Assembly: GCA_023415915.1 (NCBI GenBank)
Contig: JAEZIZ010000083.1
Coordinates: forward strand, 124,336 to 188,335
Direction of reading: 5' to 3'
Length of the DNA: 64,000 nt
Source of the DNA: Bacillota bacterium
GTDB taxonomy: Bacteria; Bacillota; Clostridia; Christensenellales; SZUA-584
Part shown: positions 1-9,951 of the stretch, piece after piece
Numbering within the stretch: the first letter of the stretch is position 1
How the letters are laid out: each line of letters begins with the position of its first letter
Position numbers and translations under genes: made by a program
Notes under the pieces: model-generated
Told to the model about the DNA's origin: nothing
The model's database searches: none
The model's input: the letters and a program-made list of their open reading frames with translations, nothing else

Positions 1-475
1 CCCCTAATATTATGGCGCGCCTTACGTCGTTTTTTTCTATATGCTCCGTAATGGATATCGAATCGGCCATGGTTCTAAGCACAAAAACCTTATCCGAATC
101 TATGGCAGTTTCGGGCTTTAAAGGCACCGCTCCCGTTGCAAGCACAATCTTGTCGTATTTTTGCTGATATCTCCTCCCTGTAGAGATGTTCTTTAATTCG
201 ATCTTTTTCTCACGCCTGTTTATACTTATAACCTCTGTGTTGACCTTTACGGTTATGTTGTGCTTGTTTTTAAAATCGCCCGGCGTCTGCAGTATAAGGT
301 CGCCTGCGGATTTTACTACGCCTCCCACATAATAAGGAAGCCCGCAGCTCGAAAACGAAACAGCCGGCCCTTTTTCAAATATCGTTATCCTTGCGCGCTC
401 GTCAAGCCTGCGCAAACGCATCGCGGCGCTCGTGCCCCCTGCAATTCCGCCCACTATAATATATTTTCTTTCCAT
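1..475 (-). CDS. FAD-dependent pyridine nucleotide-disulfide oxidoreductase, CoA-disulfide reductase/NADH oxidase family (N-terminal part; gene runs off the left edge)
   Basis: Absent from the ORF track because no stop lies in the window. My translation of the minus strand from ATG 475-473 gives MERKYIIVGGIAGGTSAAMRLRRLDERARITIFEKGPAVSFSSCGLPYYVGG. This shows a GxGxxG fold plus the SxxCGLPYY redox-Cys motif of this family. Confidence 0.75.
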   Translation of the reverse strand, partial: MERKYIIVGGIAGGTSAAMRLRRLDERARITIFEKGPAVSFSSCGLPYYVGGVVKSAGDLILQTPGDFKNKHNITVKVNTEVISINRREKKIELKNISTGRRYQQKYDKIVLATGAVPLKPETAIDSDKVFVLRTMADSISITEHIEKNDVRRAIILG

Positions 476-578
476 ATTCCGCCTTTCGAATATTTGTTTA
501 TCATAATATTCGATTATTTATGCATTTCCCCTTTTTTATTTTACCTTATAACTGACAGTTTATGTTCTGTTTACATTT

Positions 579-587
579 TGATATAAT
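579..587 (+). promoter_or_regulatory. extended -10 promoter element TGATATAAT for the 607..1419 gene
   Basis: TGnTATAAT lies 20 nt upstream of the GGAGG RBS and ATG 607. It sits downstream of the track ORF start at 562, which argues for the 607 start. Confidence 0.35.
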
Positions 588-606
588 CAACCAAGGAGGC
601 AGCGCT

Positions 607-1419
607 ATGGTATTCGGAGTGTCAACGGCATGTTTTTTCCCCAAAGTATTATTAGAGGACTCTATAGATATTTTGGGCAGCATGCGAATTAAAAACATAG
701 AAATATTCTTTAACTGCATGTCCGAATACAAGATGCCTTTCGTTAAAGAACTGAAAAAGCGCGCAGACGGCAACGGCATAAACGTATATTCTATACACGC
801 GTTTTCAATACAGTTTGAGCCGCAGCTTTTTACGCTTCAGCAAAGGGCGAGGCAGGAAGCCGAAGACATATATAAACAGGTGATCGAAGCTGCCGCGGAG
901 CTCGGCGCAGGCGTTTATGTTTTTCACGGCCCGCCTAATTTAAAGCGCGCTAAAAAAAGCAAGCTGAATTACGAGCATATTGCAAATACGATAGGCCCGC
1001 TCGCCGATATGGCAAAAGCCCACGGCGTAAAGATGGCCTGGGAGAACGTACACTGGTGCTGGTATGCAGAGCCTGATTTTGCGGATAACCTTAAAAAGCT
1101 GCCCGGCACGGAAAACCTTTACTTCACGCTTGATATAAAGCAGGCAGCTTTGGCCGGGTTCGTTCCCGGGCAATATTTGAAACCTACTGCCGGAAAGCTT
1201 GCCAACGTACATATATGCGACTGCGCCTATAGCGAAGAGCGCGGCGGCGTGCCTGCGCTGCCGTTCAAGGGCTGTATCGATTTTGATTCTTTCAAGCGCG
1301 AGCTTGACAGTACGGGATATAACGGCGGTATGATACTGGAAGTATACGCAAACAATTATTCCGACATTAGCGAGCTAAAAGAAAACTACAGCCAGGTAAG
1401 ATCGTTCTTCTTAAAATGA
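607..1419 (+). CDS. sugar phosphate isomerase/epimerase (xylose isomerase-like TIM barrel family)
   Basis: Track ORF 562..1419. GGAGG precedes ATG 607 (MVFGVSTACFF...). Length and sequence pattern (FHGPP, WENVHW, ILEVY) resemble AP endonuclease 2/xylose isomerase-like TIM barrel proteins. Confidence 0.7.
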   Translation: MVFGVSTACFFPKVLLEDSIDILGSMRIKNIEIFFNCMSEYKMPFVKELKKRADGNGINVYSIHAFSIQFEPQLFTLQQRARQEAEDIYKQVIEAAAELGAGVYVFHGPPNLKRAKKSKLNYEHIANTIGPLADMAKAHGVKMAWENVHWCWYAEPDFADNLKKLPGTENLYFTLDIKQAALAGFVPGQYLKPTAGKLANVHICDCAYSEERGGVPALPFKGCIDFDSFKRELDSTGYNGGMILEVYANNYSDISELKENYSQVRSFFLK

Positions 1420-1460
1420 AGCAATCGCGTCAGCGAAAAGCATCTTAAATTATTGCTTTT

Positions 1461-1724
1461 TCACAGATGCTTTTTACTTACGGCCGCAGTGGCGCGCTCA
1501 AAATCGTCTTTGCGCACATAAATAACATATTCAAGCGCTGTCTGCATATCCTGCCCTAACGACCCCGTTATTGCCCGCATATCGCTGAACACAGACGGGC
1601 TTGTTCTGCTTATCGTCTTTACAAAGCAGTCAATGCCGGCGCCTGCCAATAAATCCCTTATTTCCGACTGCTTCTTCATTGAATACGTCGCGAATACTTC
1701 CTTGCGGTTGAACAACGTAATCAT
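1461..1724 (-). CDS. small hypothetical protein (possibly DUF2007-like)
   Basis: Track ORF 1461..1778. The internal ATG at 1724 is preceded by GGAGTGG at 8-nt spacing (MITLFNRKEVFATYS...). I recognise no catalytic motif. Confidence 0.5.
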   Translation of the reverse strand: MITLFNRKEVFATYSMKKQSEIRDLLAGAGIDCFVKTISRTSPSVFSDMRAITGSLGQDMQTALEYVIYVRKDDFERATAAVSKKHL

Positions 1725-1826
1725 ACACTTTACCACTCCAAAACCTTTATTGTGATTATCAGCTGTATGGTTTCTCATACAAAGTATAAAAGGCGCTCTT
1801 TTCCGAACGCCTTTTGTTTTTATTTA

Positions 1827-3107
1827 TCAACCGAAGCTTTCTTTTTTTGCCTTGGGCAGCGCCTTTTGCTTTGTGTCCTTCTCGCCGAGTATCAGCATGG
1901 GCACCATCGCGTTCTTTACCGTATCCTTTGTAATAACGCACTTCTTGATGTCCGTCCTTGACGGTATCTCATACATAACATCGAGCATTATGCTCTCCAA
2001 TATCGCTCTTAAGCCCCTTGCGCCCGTTTTGCGCTCTATGGCAATCCTAGCTATCTCGGCAAGCGCGTCAGCTTCAAATTCAAGCTGTACGCCGTCCATC
2101 TCCAAAAGCTTTGTGAACTGCTTTACAAGCGCGTTCTTAGGCTCGGTGAGTATTCTCACAAGCGCGTTTTCGTCAAGCTGATGGAGCGGCACTATTATCG
2201 GAACGCGTCCCACGAATTCCGGTATAAGGCCGAACTTCAAAAGATCTTCGGGCAATATCTTTTTATATATCTCGGAGAGGTCCTTATTGACGTTGGACAC
2301 TATCTCGGCGCCGAAGCCCATCATTTTGTTGCCTATTCTTCTCTCTATTATCTTTTCAAGGCCGCCGAACGCCCCGCCGCATATGAACAGTATATTCGTC
2401 GTGTCTATCTGCAAAAACTCCTGATGCGGATGCTTCCTGCCGCCCTGAGGAGGAACGCTGGCCACCGTGCCCTCTATTATCTTGAGCAACGCCTGCTGTA
2501 CGCCCTCGCCCGAAACGTCGCGCGTTATGGAAGGATTATCGCTCTTCCTCGCTATCTTGTCTATCTCATCGATGTAGATTATGCCGCGCTGCGCACGCTC
2601 TATATCGTAATCCGCCGCCTGAATTAGCTTTAAAAGTATATTCTCGACGTCTTCGCCCACATATCCGGCCTCAGTAAGCGACGTAGCGTCCGCCATCGCA
2701 AACGGCACGTTCAATATACGAGCGAGCGTCTGCGCGAGCAGCGTCTTGCCGCAGCCTGTGGGCCCCAGCATTACTATGTTGCTCTTCTGAAGCTCTACGT
2801 CGTCCTGTTTTACGTCGGAATTTATCCTCTTATAATGGTTATATACCGCAACAGCCAGATTCTTTTTCGCATAATTCTGTCCTATTACATACTCATCAAG
2901 AGAAGCCACGATTTCCGATGGCTTCGGAATCTCCCCCATATCGAACGTTACCGCGTCCTGATAATCCTCTTCGATGATCTCTTTACACAGCTCTATGCAC
3001 TCATTGCAGATATAGACCCCCGGTCCCGCAACAAGGCGCCTCACCTGTTCCTGCGCCTTGCCGCAGAACGAACATTTCAATTGTTTCTGATCATCATAAT
3101 TTGCCAT
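1827..3107 (-). CDS. clpX: ATP-dependent Clp protease ATP-binding subunit ClpX
   Basis: N-terminal zinc finger CSFCGK...CNEC, Walker A GPTGCGKT and IYIDEIDK Walker B. Sits directly upstream of clpP. Confidence 0.97.
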   Translation of the reverse strand: MANYDDQKQLKCSFCGKAQEQVRRLVAGPGVYICNECIELCKEIIEEDYQDAVTFDMGEIPKPSEIVASLDEYVIGQNYAKKNLAVAVYNHYKRINSDVKQDDVELQKSNIVMLGPTGCGKTLLAQTLARILNVPFAMADATSLTEAGYVGEDVENILLKLIQAADYDIERAQRGIIYIDEIDKIARKSDNPSITRDVSGEGVQQALLKIIEGTVASVPPQGGRKHPHQEFLQIDTTNILFICGGAFGGLEKIIERRIGNKMMGFGAEIVSNVNKDLSEIYKKILPEDLLKFGLIPEFVGRVPIIVPLHQLDENALVRILTEPKNALVKQFTKLLEMDGVQLEFEADALAEIARIAIERKTGARGLRAILESIMLDVMYEIPSRTDIKKCVITKDTVKNAMVPMLILGEKDTKQKALPKAKKESFG

Positions 3108-3120
3108 TGATTCACCTCAA

Positions 3121-3708
3121 CTACTTGCTCTTTGGCTGTATAATCTCGTCAATAATCCCGTATTCGAGCGCTTCTTCCGCGCTAAGGAAATTATCCCTTT
3201 CCGTATCAGCCGCTATCTTCTCTTCGGGCTGACCCGTCCTTTCCGCCAGTATCCTGTTCATTTTCTTTTTAATTTTCACGATATGTTCAGCGTGTATCTG
3301 TATATCCGTAGCCGGACCCTGCGTACCGCCTGAAGGCTGGTGTATCATCACCTCGCTGTTGGGAAGCGCTTTGCGCTTGCCCTTCGCGCCCGCAGCCAGC
3401 AGGAACGCTCCCATAGAAGCGGCCATGCCAATACATATCGTCGATACGTCGCACTTTATGTGCTGCATCGTGTCGTATATAGCCATACCCGCAGTCACCG
3501 AACCCCCGGGGCTGTTGATGTGAAGGAATATATCCTTATCAGGGTCTTCAGCCTCGAGAAATATCAATTGGGCCACTATGAGGTTTGCCATGACGTTGTC
3601 CACTTCGCCGCCCAGGAATATTATTCTGTCCTTAAGCAGCCGGGAATATATATCATAGCTTCTTTCGCCTCTGCCTGTCTGTTCTATAACATAAGGCACC
3701 AATGTCAT
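3121..3708 (-). CDS. clpP: ATP-dependent Clp protease proteolytic subunit ClpP
   Basis: 195 aa with [11 protein letters not shown] (catalytic Ser) and MIHQP (His) motifs. tig-clpP-clpX order. Confidence 0.97.
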   Translation of the reverse strand: MTLVPYVIEQTGRGERSYDIYSRLLKDRIIFLGGEVDNVMANLIVAQLIFLEAEDPDKDIFLHINSPGGSVTAGMAIYDTMQHIKCDVSTICIGMAASMGAFLLAAGAKGKRKALPNSEVMIHQPSGGTQGPATDIQIHAEHIVKIKKKMNRILAERTGQPEEKIAADTERDNFLSAEEALEYGIIDEIIQPKSK

Positions 3709-3744
3709 GCTTTAAAATCCTCCGTTTTCATATACTATACTATT

Positions 3745-5082
3745 CTATTCACCGTCAGTGTTTTCCTTCTCCGCGGATTTCTTTTTGCCCTTTTTGGATG
3801 GAGCTTTAAGCTCCGCGTTCTCCACAAGGAAATTGACGGTATTGTCGTAAGCTATATCTTCTTTGATGTATTCGAGCTCTTCCTCTTTCAAGGATTTTTT
3901 ATACTCTTCCAAATCCTTTTTCGCGGCTTGCGCCCTTCTTGTAAGCTCGGCTTCAATCTGTTCTTCCGACGCAGTTATGTTCTCGGCTTTCTTTACGGCT
4001 TCCACAACTAGCTGTGCGCGTACGTTCCTTTCCGCAGGCTCCCTGTACTCCTTGCGAAGCTCTTCCATACTGCCGCCCGTCATGGCAAGGTAGTCTTCCA
4101 GCCTGACGCCCTGATACATAAGGCTGTATTCTATCTGCCTTATGTGGTTGTCAATCTGGTTTTCAATCATGCACTCGGGCAGATCTATTTTAGCGTTTTT
4201 AATAACCGCCTCGATTACGTTATTCTGGGTGTGCACTTTAGCGTGCTCCTCGGCATGTTCCTTTATATGCTCACGTATGCTGTTCTTATACTCTTCAATC
4301 GTGTCGAATTCGGAAACGTCCTGCGCAAATTCGTCGTTAAGCTCGGGCAATTCCTTTTCCTTTACGTCATGAAGCTTTATATGAAAAACGGCGTCTTTTC
4401 CCGCGAGCTGCTTTGCCCTGTAGTCTTCCGGGAACTTTACGGTGATGTCCTTCTCCTCGCCCTTTTTCATGCCAACAAGCTGCTCTTCAAAGCCGGGTAT
4501 GAACATGCCTGCGCCTATCTCTATAACCTGGTTCTCGGCCGTTCCGCCGTCAAACTTTTCCCCGTCTATGCTGCCCGAATAGTCAATGACAACTTTGTCC
4601 TTTTCACGGGCTTCCCTGTCGACGTCCACCCATCTCGCGTTGCGCTCGGCAATGCGGTTAAGCTCTGCTTCCACCTGCTTCTCGTCAACGGAAGCTTCTT
4701 CCTTTTCAGCTTTAACGCCCTTGTACTGTCCGAGCTCAACTTCCGGCTTAACGAAGAATTCCGCAGTGTATGTTACGCCTTCCTTCTTGCCTATCGTCTT
4801 TATATCTATTTCCGGTTTTGAAACGGGCACGAGACCGAGCTCGTCTACAGCCTTTGTGTAGCTTTCCGGAAAAACCATCTCAAACGCTTCTTCAAAGAAT
4901 ATGCCTTCGCCATAATAACTCTCTATGACTGGCTTTGGCGCTTTTCCTTTCCTGAAACCCTGTATGTTGAATTTGCCCCTGTTTTTTATATATGCCTTCT
5001 GCAGCGCATCCGCAAACTCTTCGGGTGAAACCTCTATTTCCGCTTTAACCTTATTTGCGCCGACGTTTTCTACTTTTGCCAA
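3745..5082 (-). CDS. tig: trigger factor
   Basis: 445 aa with GFRKGKAP ribosome-binding signature and a central FKBP-like domain. TTG start with AGGAGG upstream. Conserved tig-clpP-clpX order. Confidence 0.95.
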   Translation of the reverse strand: MAKVENVGANKVKAEIEVSPEEFADALQKAYIKNRGKFNIQGFRKGKAPKPVIESYYGEGIFFEEAFEMVFPESYTKAVDELGLVPVSKPEIDIKTIGKKEGVTYTAEFFVKPEVELGQYKGVKAEKEEASVDEKQVEAELNRIAERNARWVDVDREAREKDKVVIDYSGSIDGEKFDGGTAENQVIEIGAGMFIPGFEEQLVGMKKGEEKDITVKFPEDYRAKQLAGKDAVFHIKLHDVKEKELPELNDEFAQDVSEFDTIEEYKNSIREHIKEHAEEHAKVHTQNNVIEAVIKNAKIDLPECMIENQIDNHIRQIEYSLMYQGVRLEDYLAMTGGSMEELRKEYREPAERNVRAQLVVEAVKKAENITASEEQIEAELTRRAQAAKKDLEEYKKSLKEEELEYIKEDIAYDNTVNFLVENAELKAPSKKGKKKSAEKENTDGE

Positions 5083-5451
5083 TTAAAAAAATCCTCCTGC
5101 CTTATAATACCCAAAATGGCCGTATCGTAATCCCGCCAAAATGCCGGAATTTATATTAACATATATACATAGTCAATGCAACGACAAAGCTACAAAAGTT
5201 AATTCTTTTTTCACATAATGGTTATCGGGCGTCTTTGGCATCATTTCTTGATATTTACTATCGTGCGGCCATGCCAGGCGGGGCGATAGATGCCAAGTTG
5301 ATAATAACATTATGGATAGGCTATAGTCTTTTATCGCATAAACCCTTCTCTATATATATCGAAAAGTTTTTGCGTTATCTTGATTGAAAACGCAAATCTT
5401 ACTTTAATATTTATTATAATCCCTGCCGAGCTTAATGTCTTGTCTTTTTTG

Positions 5452-5513
5452 AGAATAAAAATTAGCATTAACCGTATTTTTATATTGCATAAATATACAT
5501 AATAACGTATAAT
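5452..5513 (+). promoter_or_regulatory. candidate argG promoter (-35 TTGCAT 5485-5490, -10 TATAAT 5508-5513, 17-bp spacer) with two ARG-box-like sites
   Basis: AGAATAAAAATTAG (5452-5465) and TGCATAAATATACA (5486-5499) each match 11/14 of the core TGAATAAAAATTCA by my hand alignment. The second site overlaps the -35 and spacer. Confidence 0.4.
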
Positions 5514-5540
5514 TATAAATAACGATGGAGGGAAAATGCT

Positions 5541-6746
5541 ATGAATAAAACAAAAGTATTGCTTGCCTATTCGGGAGGGCTTGACACTTCGGTAATAATA
5601 CCGTGGCTTAAAGAAAACTACGACTGCGAAGTAATCTGCATGGCGGCGGACGTCGGTCAGGGCGAGGAACTTGCTCCGCTAAAAGAAAAGGCTATAAAAA
5701 GCGGCGCCAGCAAGATATATATCGAGGACCTTACCGAGGAATTTGTTACGGACTTCATATATCCTACGCTTAAGGCGGGGGCCGTATATGAAGGCATATA
5801 CCTGCTCGGCACTTCCATGGCCCGCCCGCTTATCGCAAAGCGCCTTGTGGAGATAGCGAAAAAGGAAGGATGCGAAGCCATATGCCACGGAGCGACGGGC
5901 AAAGGCAACGACCAGGTACGCTTCGAGCTTACGATAAAAGCGCTCGCGCCTGAGCTTAAGATAATAGCCCCATGGCGCGTATGGGATATAAAGTCAAGGG
6001 AAGACGAGATAGCTTACTTAGAGCAGCGCGGCCTCCCTGTGCCCGTATCCAAGAAGCGCCCCTACAGCATGGACAGGAATCTGTGGCACTTGAGCCACGA
6101 GGGCGCAGACCTTGAGGACCCGTGGAATGAGCCGTTAAAAGACCTTTGTCTTATATGCACGCCGCCGGAAGACGCTCCCGACTGCCCTGAGTATATTGAA
6201 ATAGGATTCGAGAAAGGCGTGCCCGTTTCGATAGACGGTAAAAGCTACTCCCCCGCGGCGCTTATAGAAAAGCTAAACGAAATAGGCGCGTCAAACGGAG
6301 TGGGCATAAGCGACATGGTGGAAAACCGGCTCGTAGGCATGAAGTCGCGCGGAGTATACGAGACGCCGGGCGGAACGATACTTTACGAGGCTCACCGCGC
6401 ATTGGAGAGCATAACTCTCGACAGGGACACGCTGCATTACAAGCAGGGTGTTGCACTTAAATTCGCGGAAATGGTATACTATGGGCAGTGGTTTACTCCC
6501 TTGCGCGAAGCGCTGTCGGCATTTGTCGACTCAACGCAGCAAAACGTGACCGGCACGGTACGCATAAAGCTATATAAAGGCAACTGCGTAACCGTAGGCA
6601 TTAAGTCTCCTTACTCACTATACAGCGAAGAATTAGCGACATTCGGAAAAGACGAGGTATACAACCAGCAGGACGCCGAAGGCTTCATAAACCTGTTTGG
6701 CCTGCCTTTGAAGGTTAAGGCGATGCTGGATCAAAAGAGGAAGTAG
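5541..6746 (+). CDS. argG: argininosuccinate synthase
   Basis: [12 protein letters not shown]-binding motif, 401 aa, GGAGGG RBS, followed by argH. Confidence 0.97.
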   Translation: MNKTKVLLAYSGGLDTSVIIPWLKENYDCEVICMAADVGQGEELAPLKEKAIKSGASKIYIEDLTEEFVTDFIYPTLKAGAVYEGIYLLGTSMARPLIAKRLVEIAKKEGCEAICHGATGKGNDQVRFELTIKALAPELKIIAPWRVWDIKSREDEIAYLEQRGLPVPVSKKRPYSMDRNLWHLSHEGADLEDPWNEPLKDLCLICTPPEDAPDCPEYIEIGFEKGVPVSIDGKSYSPAALIEKLNEIGASNGVGISDMVENRLVGMKSRGVYETPGGTILYEAHRALESITLDRDTLHYKQGVALKFAEMVYYGQWFTPLREALSAFVDSTQQNVTGTVRIKLYKGNCVTVGIKSPYSLYSEELATFGKDEVYNQQDAEGFINLFGLPLKVKAMLDQKRK

Positions 6747-6748
6747 CG

Positions 6749-8131
6749 ATGAACAGCAAAAAGATGTGGAGCGGCCGTTTCTCGTCGGACACAGACGAGT
6801 TTGCAGCGGGCTTCCATTCGTCTATATCGTTCGACTGCCGCCTTTACCGCGAGGATATACTGGGCAGCATTGCGCACGCCCGCATGCTCGGCAAAACCGG
6901 CATAATAAGCAGGCAGGACAGCGAGGCTATAATCGAGGGACTGCGCGGCATACTGAAGGATATCGAAGCGGGGCTCTTAACGTTATCTGAGTCGGACGAA
7001 GACATACATATGAACATAGAGCGCATGCTCACGCAGCGTATAGGCGAAGCCGGCAAGATGCTGCATACCGCGCGCAGCCGCAACGACCAGGTGGCGCTCG
7101 ACATGCGCATGTTCGTTAAGAGCGCGTGCGAAGATATGTTCTCCCGGCTTAAGGCGCTTATGGGCGCGCTGACTGAAATAGCCGACGAGAACCTTGAATC
7201 AATAATGCCCGCTTATACGCACATGCAAAAGGCTCAGCCCACAACGCTCGCCCATCATATGATGGCGTACTGCGAGATGTTTTTCCGCGACTATATGCGG
7301 TTTGAAAACACTTACAGCGCCTGCGACGTCATGCCGCTTGGTTCCGGCGCGCTCTGTTCGACTACCTTCCCTATTGACCGCGGCATGGTAGCAAAAGAAC
7401 TCGGGTTTTCCGAGATAACAAATAACAGCATGGACGCAGTGAGCGACCGCGATTTTGTACTCGACTTTCTATATGCGTGCAGTGTTTGCATGATGCATCT
7501 TTCACGTTTCTGCGAAGAAATAGTGCTGTGGTCAACGGGAGAGTTCTCGTTCGTACACTTAAGCGATTCGTATTCCACAGGCTCTAGCATTATGCCGCAG
7601 AAAAAGAACCCCGATATGGCGGAACTTATACGCGGCAAGACGGGCAGGGTGTACGGCGACCTTTTTACGCTGCTTACCGTAATGAAGGGCCTTCCCCTCG
7701 CGTACAACAAGGACATGCAGGAAGACAAAGAAGCCATGTTTGACGCTTACGATACGCTTACAAGCTGCCTTACCGTATTTACCGGAATGCTGCAGACAGC
7801 CGAGTGGGATTTGGAACATATGTATAAACTGGCGGGGCTTGGCTTTACCAACGCCACCGACGCCGCGGATTACCTCGCTAAAAAAGGCGTGCCGTTCAGG
7901 GAAGCGCACGAAACGGTGGGCAGGCTCGTAGTATACTGCGAGCAGCGCGGCAAGGCGATCAACGAGCTGTCTTTAAGCGAGTTAAAACAGCTCTCCCCCG
8001 CGTTTGAGAACGATATATTCGACGCGATATCATTGGAAACGTGCGTTGACGCGCGCTCGTGTTACGGCGGCCCGGGCAAGGCAAGCGTAAAGAAGCACAT
8101 AGACAAAATGAAGGAATTTTTAATGCAATAG
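6749..8131 (+). CDS. argH: argininosuccinate lyase
   Basis: GSSIMPQKKNPD fumarate-lyase signature and WSGRFS N-terminus, 460 aa. Confidence 0.97.
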   Translation: MNSKKMWSGRFSSDTDEFAAGFHSSISFDCRLYREDILGSIAHARMLGKTGIISRQDSEAIIEGLRGILKDIEAGLLTLSESDEDIHMNIERMLTQRIGEAGKMLHTARSRNDQVALDMRMFVKSACEDMFSRLKALMGALTEIADENLESIMPAYTHMQKAQPTTLAHHMMAYCEMFFRDYMRFENTYSACDVMPLGSGALCSTTFPIDRGMVAKELGFSEITNNSMDAVSDRDFVLDFLYACSVCMMHLSRFCEEIVLWSTGEFSFVHLSDSYSTGSSIMPQKKNPDMAELIRGKTGRVYGDLFTLLTVMKGLPLAYNKDMQEDKEAMFDAYDTLTSCLTVFTGMLQTAEWDLEHMYKLAGLGFTNATDAADYLAKKGVPFREAHETVGRLVVYCEQRGKAINELSLSELKQLSPAFENDIFDAISLETCVDARSCYGGPGKASVKKHIDKMKEFLMQ

Positions 8132-8133
8132 AT

Positions 8134-8160
8134 AAAAGCTGCGGAATCCGCAGCTTTTTT
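8134..8160. terminator. bidirectional rho-independent terminator between argH and the DUF3795 gene
   Basis: AAAAGCTGCGG aat CCGCAGCTTTT, an 11-bp stem flanked by an A-run and a T-run. Confidence 0.8.
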
Positions 8161-8186
8161 ATATTTGTTCTTTACATATATATATT

Positions 8187-8573
8187 TTACTTCGGGCTGC
8201 ACTTCAGGCATTTACCATAATGCACGCAGATAAGCTCTGCGCAGGTTCCGCATGCAAACCGCTCGCGCTGGGAGGCAAGAAACGCGTCCATGCCGTTATC
8301 GCGTATATACGAGAGGTTCTCCAGCATGCTCATGCCGTATTTCGTACGGTAGCGCTTGTCAAGCTGTTTTATGCGCGCGCAGTGCTTTTCGCACCGGCTG
8401 CAATCGCTCCAGCCCTTTTCCGCAAGCCGGACGCAGCTTCTAATTGCACATTGCCTGCAGTATTCAAACGGTATATTGTCGCTTCTGCAGCCGTCGCAGT
8501 GCCTTTTCACGCGCTGGTAAGCCATGCATAACGCGCAGTTCATACCGCAGGGAGCAATCAGGGAAGCGTCCAT
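8187..8573 (-). CDS. Cys-rich DUF3795-family protein
   Basis: 128 aa with several CxxC pairs (CGMNCALC, CDGC, CRQC, CSRC, CGTC, CLKC) and an AAGGAGG RBS. The family assignment is from memory of this pattern. Confidence 0.6.
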   Translation of the reverse strand: MDASLIAPCGMNCALCMAYQRVKRHCDGCRSDNIPFEYCRQCAIRSCVRLAEKGWSDCSRCEKHCARIKQLDKRYRTKYGMSMLENLSYIRDNGMDAFLASQRERFACGTCAELICVHYGKCLKCSPK

Positions 8574-8598
8574 AACGGGCCTCCTTAAATATAAATTA

Positions 8599-9837
8599 CT
8601 ATATCCTTATCTGCCCGTTTCCTCTGATGATATATTTATATGTAGTCAGCTCTTCCAAACCCATAGGCCCGCGGGCGTGCAGTTTTTGAGTGCTTATGCC
8701 TATCTCGGCGCCGAATCCGAATTCATTGCCGTCCGTAAAGCGCGTGGACGCGTTAACGTACACCGCTGCCGAGTCGACCATCTCGAGGAACTTTTCGGCG
8801 TTGCCGTAGTCTTGGGTAACTATTGTCTCCGAATGCTTGGTTGCGTACTTGTTTATATGCTCTATCGCTTCGTCAATGTCCTTTACTACCTTTACCGCGA
8901 GTATATAGTCCAGATATTCGGTATAATAATCGTCCTCCGTCGCTTCCCTGGCGTCTATGATGCCGCGAGTCTTTTCGCAGCCACGCAGTTCGACGCCGCT
9001 GAGCTTCTTCGACACCTCAGGCAAGAAAGCCTCTGCAATGTCTTCGTGCACAAGCAGAGTTTCCGCCGCGTTGCAGACTGAAGGCCTACTCGTCTTCGCG
9101 TTCCATATGATATCGATGCCCATCTTTATATCGGCGCTCTTGTCAATATACACATGACAATTGCCGGTGCCGGTTTCTATCACGGGAATCGTGGAATTTT
9201 TAACTACGGACTGTATCAGCCCCGCGCCGCCCCGCGGTATAAGCACGTCTATTATGCCGTTTAATCTCATAAGGTATGTTGCCGCTTCTCTTGACGTATC
9301 GTCTATAAGCTGCAAAGCGCCTGTCGGGAGCCCTGACTTATACGCCGCTTCCTCCGCGACCTTAACTATCGCTTTGTTGGAGTTTATAGCGTCGCTGCCT
9401 CCGCGCAGCACTACGGCGTTGCCTGTCTTTATACACAGCCCTATTGCGTCTGACGTAACGTTGGGCCGCGCTTCGTATATTATGCCTACGACGCCCAGAG
9501 GCACGCGCTTCTTGCCTATAGTAAGCCCGTTGGGGCGCTTCCAGGAGCGTATTACTTCGCCCACAGGGTCGCTCAATGCCGCTATGCTCTCCAGCCCCTG
9601 CGCCATGCCTTCTATGCGGGCGGCCGAAAGCGACAGCCTGTCAAGCAGCGCCTTGCTCATGCCCTTCTCCTCGCCCGCTTTTACGTCTTTTGCGTTTTCG
9701 GAAATGATATAATCCGCGTTGTTTCTCAACGCGTCCGCAATGCTTTGCAGCACGGTGTTCTTACCGGCAATGCTCATGCTTGCAAGCTTATACGACGCCT
9801 GCTTCGCTTTCAGCGCTTTCTCTCTTACATGTTCCAT
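8599..9837 (-). CDS. proA: glutamate-5-semialdehyde dehydrogenase (gamma-glutamyl phosphate reductase)
   Basis: 412 aa aldehyde-dehydrogenase fold with the conserved [10 protein letters not shown] catalytic-Cys segment and C-terminal LTTYKY...GNGQIR. Confidence 0.93.
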   Translation of the reverse strand: MEHVREKALKAKQASYKLASMSIAGKNTVLQSIADALRNNADYIISENAKDVKAGEEKGMSKALLDRLSLSAARIEGMAQGLESIAALSDPVGEVIRSWKRPNGLTIGKKRVPLGVVGIIYEARPNVTSDAIGLCIKTGNAVVLRGGSDAINSNKAIVKVAEEAAYKSGLPTGALQLIDDTSREAATYLMRLNGIIDVLIPRGGAGLIQSVVKNSTIPVIETGTGNCHVYIDKSADIKMGIDIIWNAKTSRPSVCNAAETLLVHEDIAEAFLPEVSKKLSGVELRGCEKTRGIIDAREATEDDYYTEYLDYILAVKVVKDIDEAIEHINKYATKHSETIVTQDYGNAEKFLEMVDSAAVYVNASTRFTDGNEFGFGAEIGISTQKLHARGPMGLEELTTYKYIIRGNGQIRI

Positions 9838-9951
9838 ATCAAACGCTCCCGTGTCGGTTTTATTACAGGCATTATATCATCGTTTACAAACAATGTCACC
9901 GGAATGTATAATACAAAGCGCATACAACTAGAAAATTCTTGGGGAGGACGC

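Noticed and set aside
260-586. A 108-aa plus-strand ORF at the left edge.
   Set aside because: It is antisense to the clear N-terminus of the CoA-disulfide reductase-family gene (GxGxxG and SCGLPYY motifs on the minus strand) and runs through the intergenic promoter region.
5140-5180. AT-rich segment GGAATTTATATTAACATATATACATAG considered as a dif site or replication-origin element.
   Set aside because: It does not match the Firmicute dif consensus as I recall it. There are no TTATCCACA DnaA boxes and no change in gene-strand bias at this position.
9745-9951. The 69-aa N-terminal extension of rqcH in the ORF track, overlapping proA.
   Set aside because: The extension overlaps the proA 5' end on the other strand and has no homology-like sequence. 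GGGGAGG precedes ATG 9952, where the conserved NFACT N-terminus begins.
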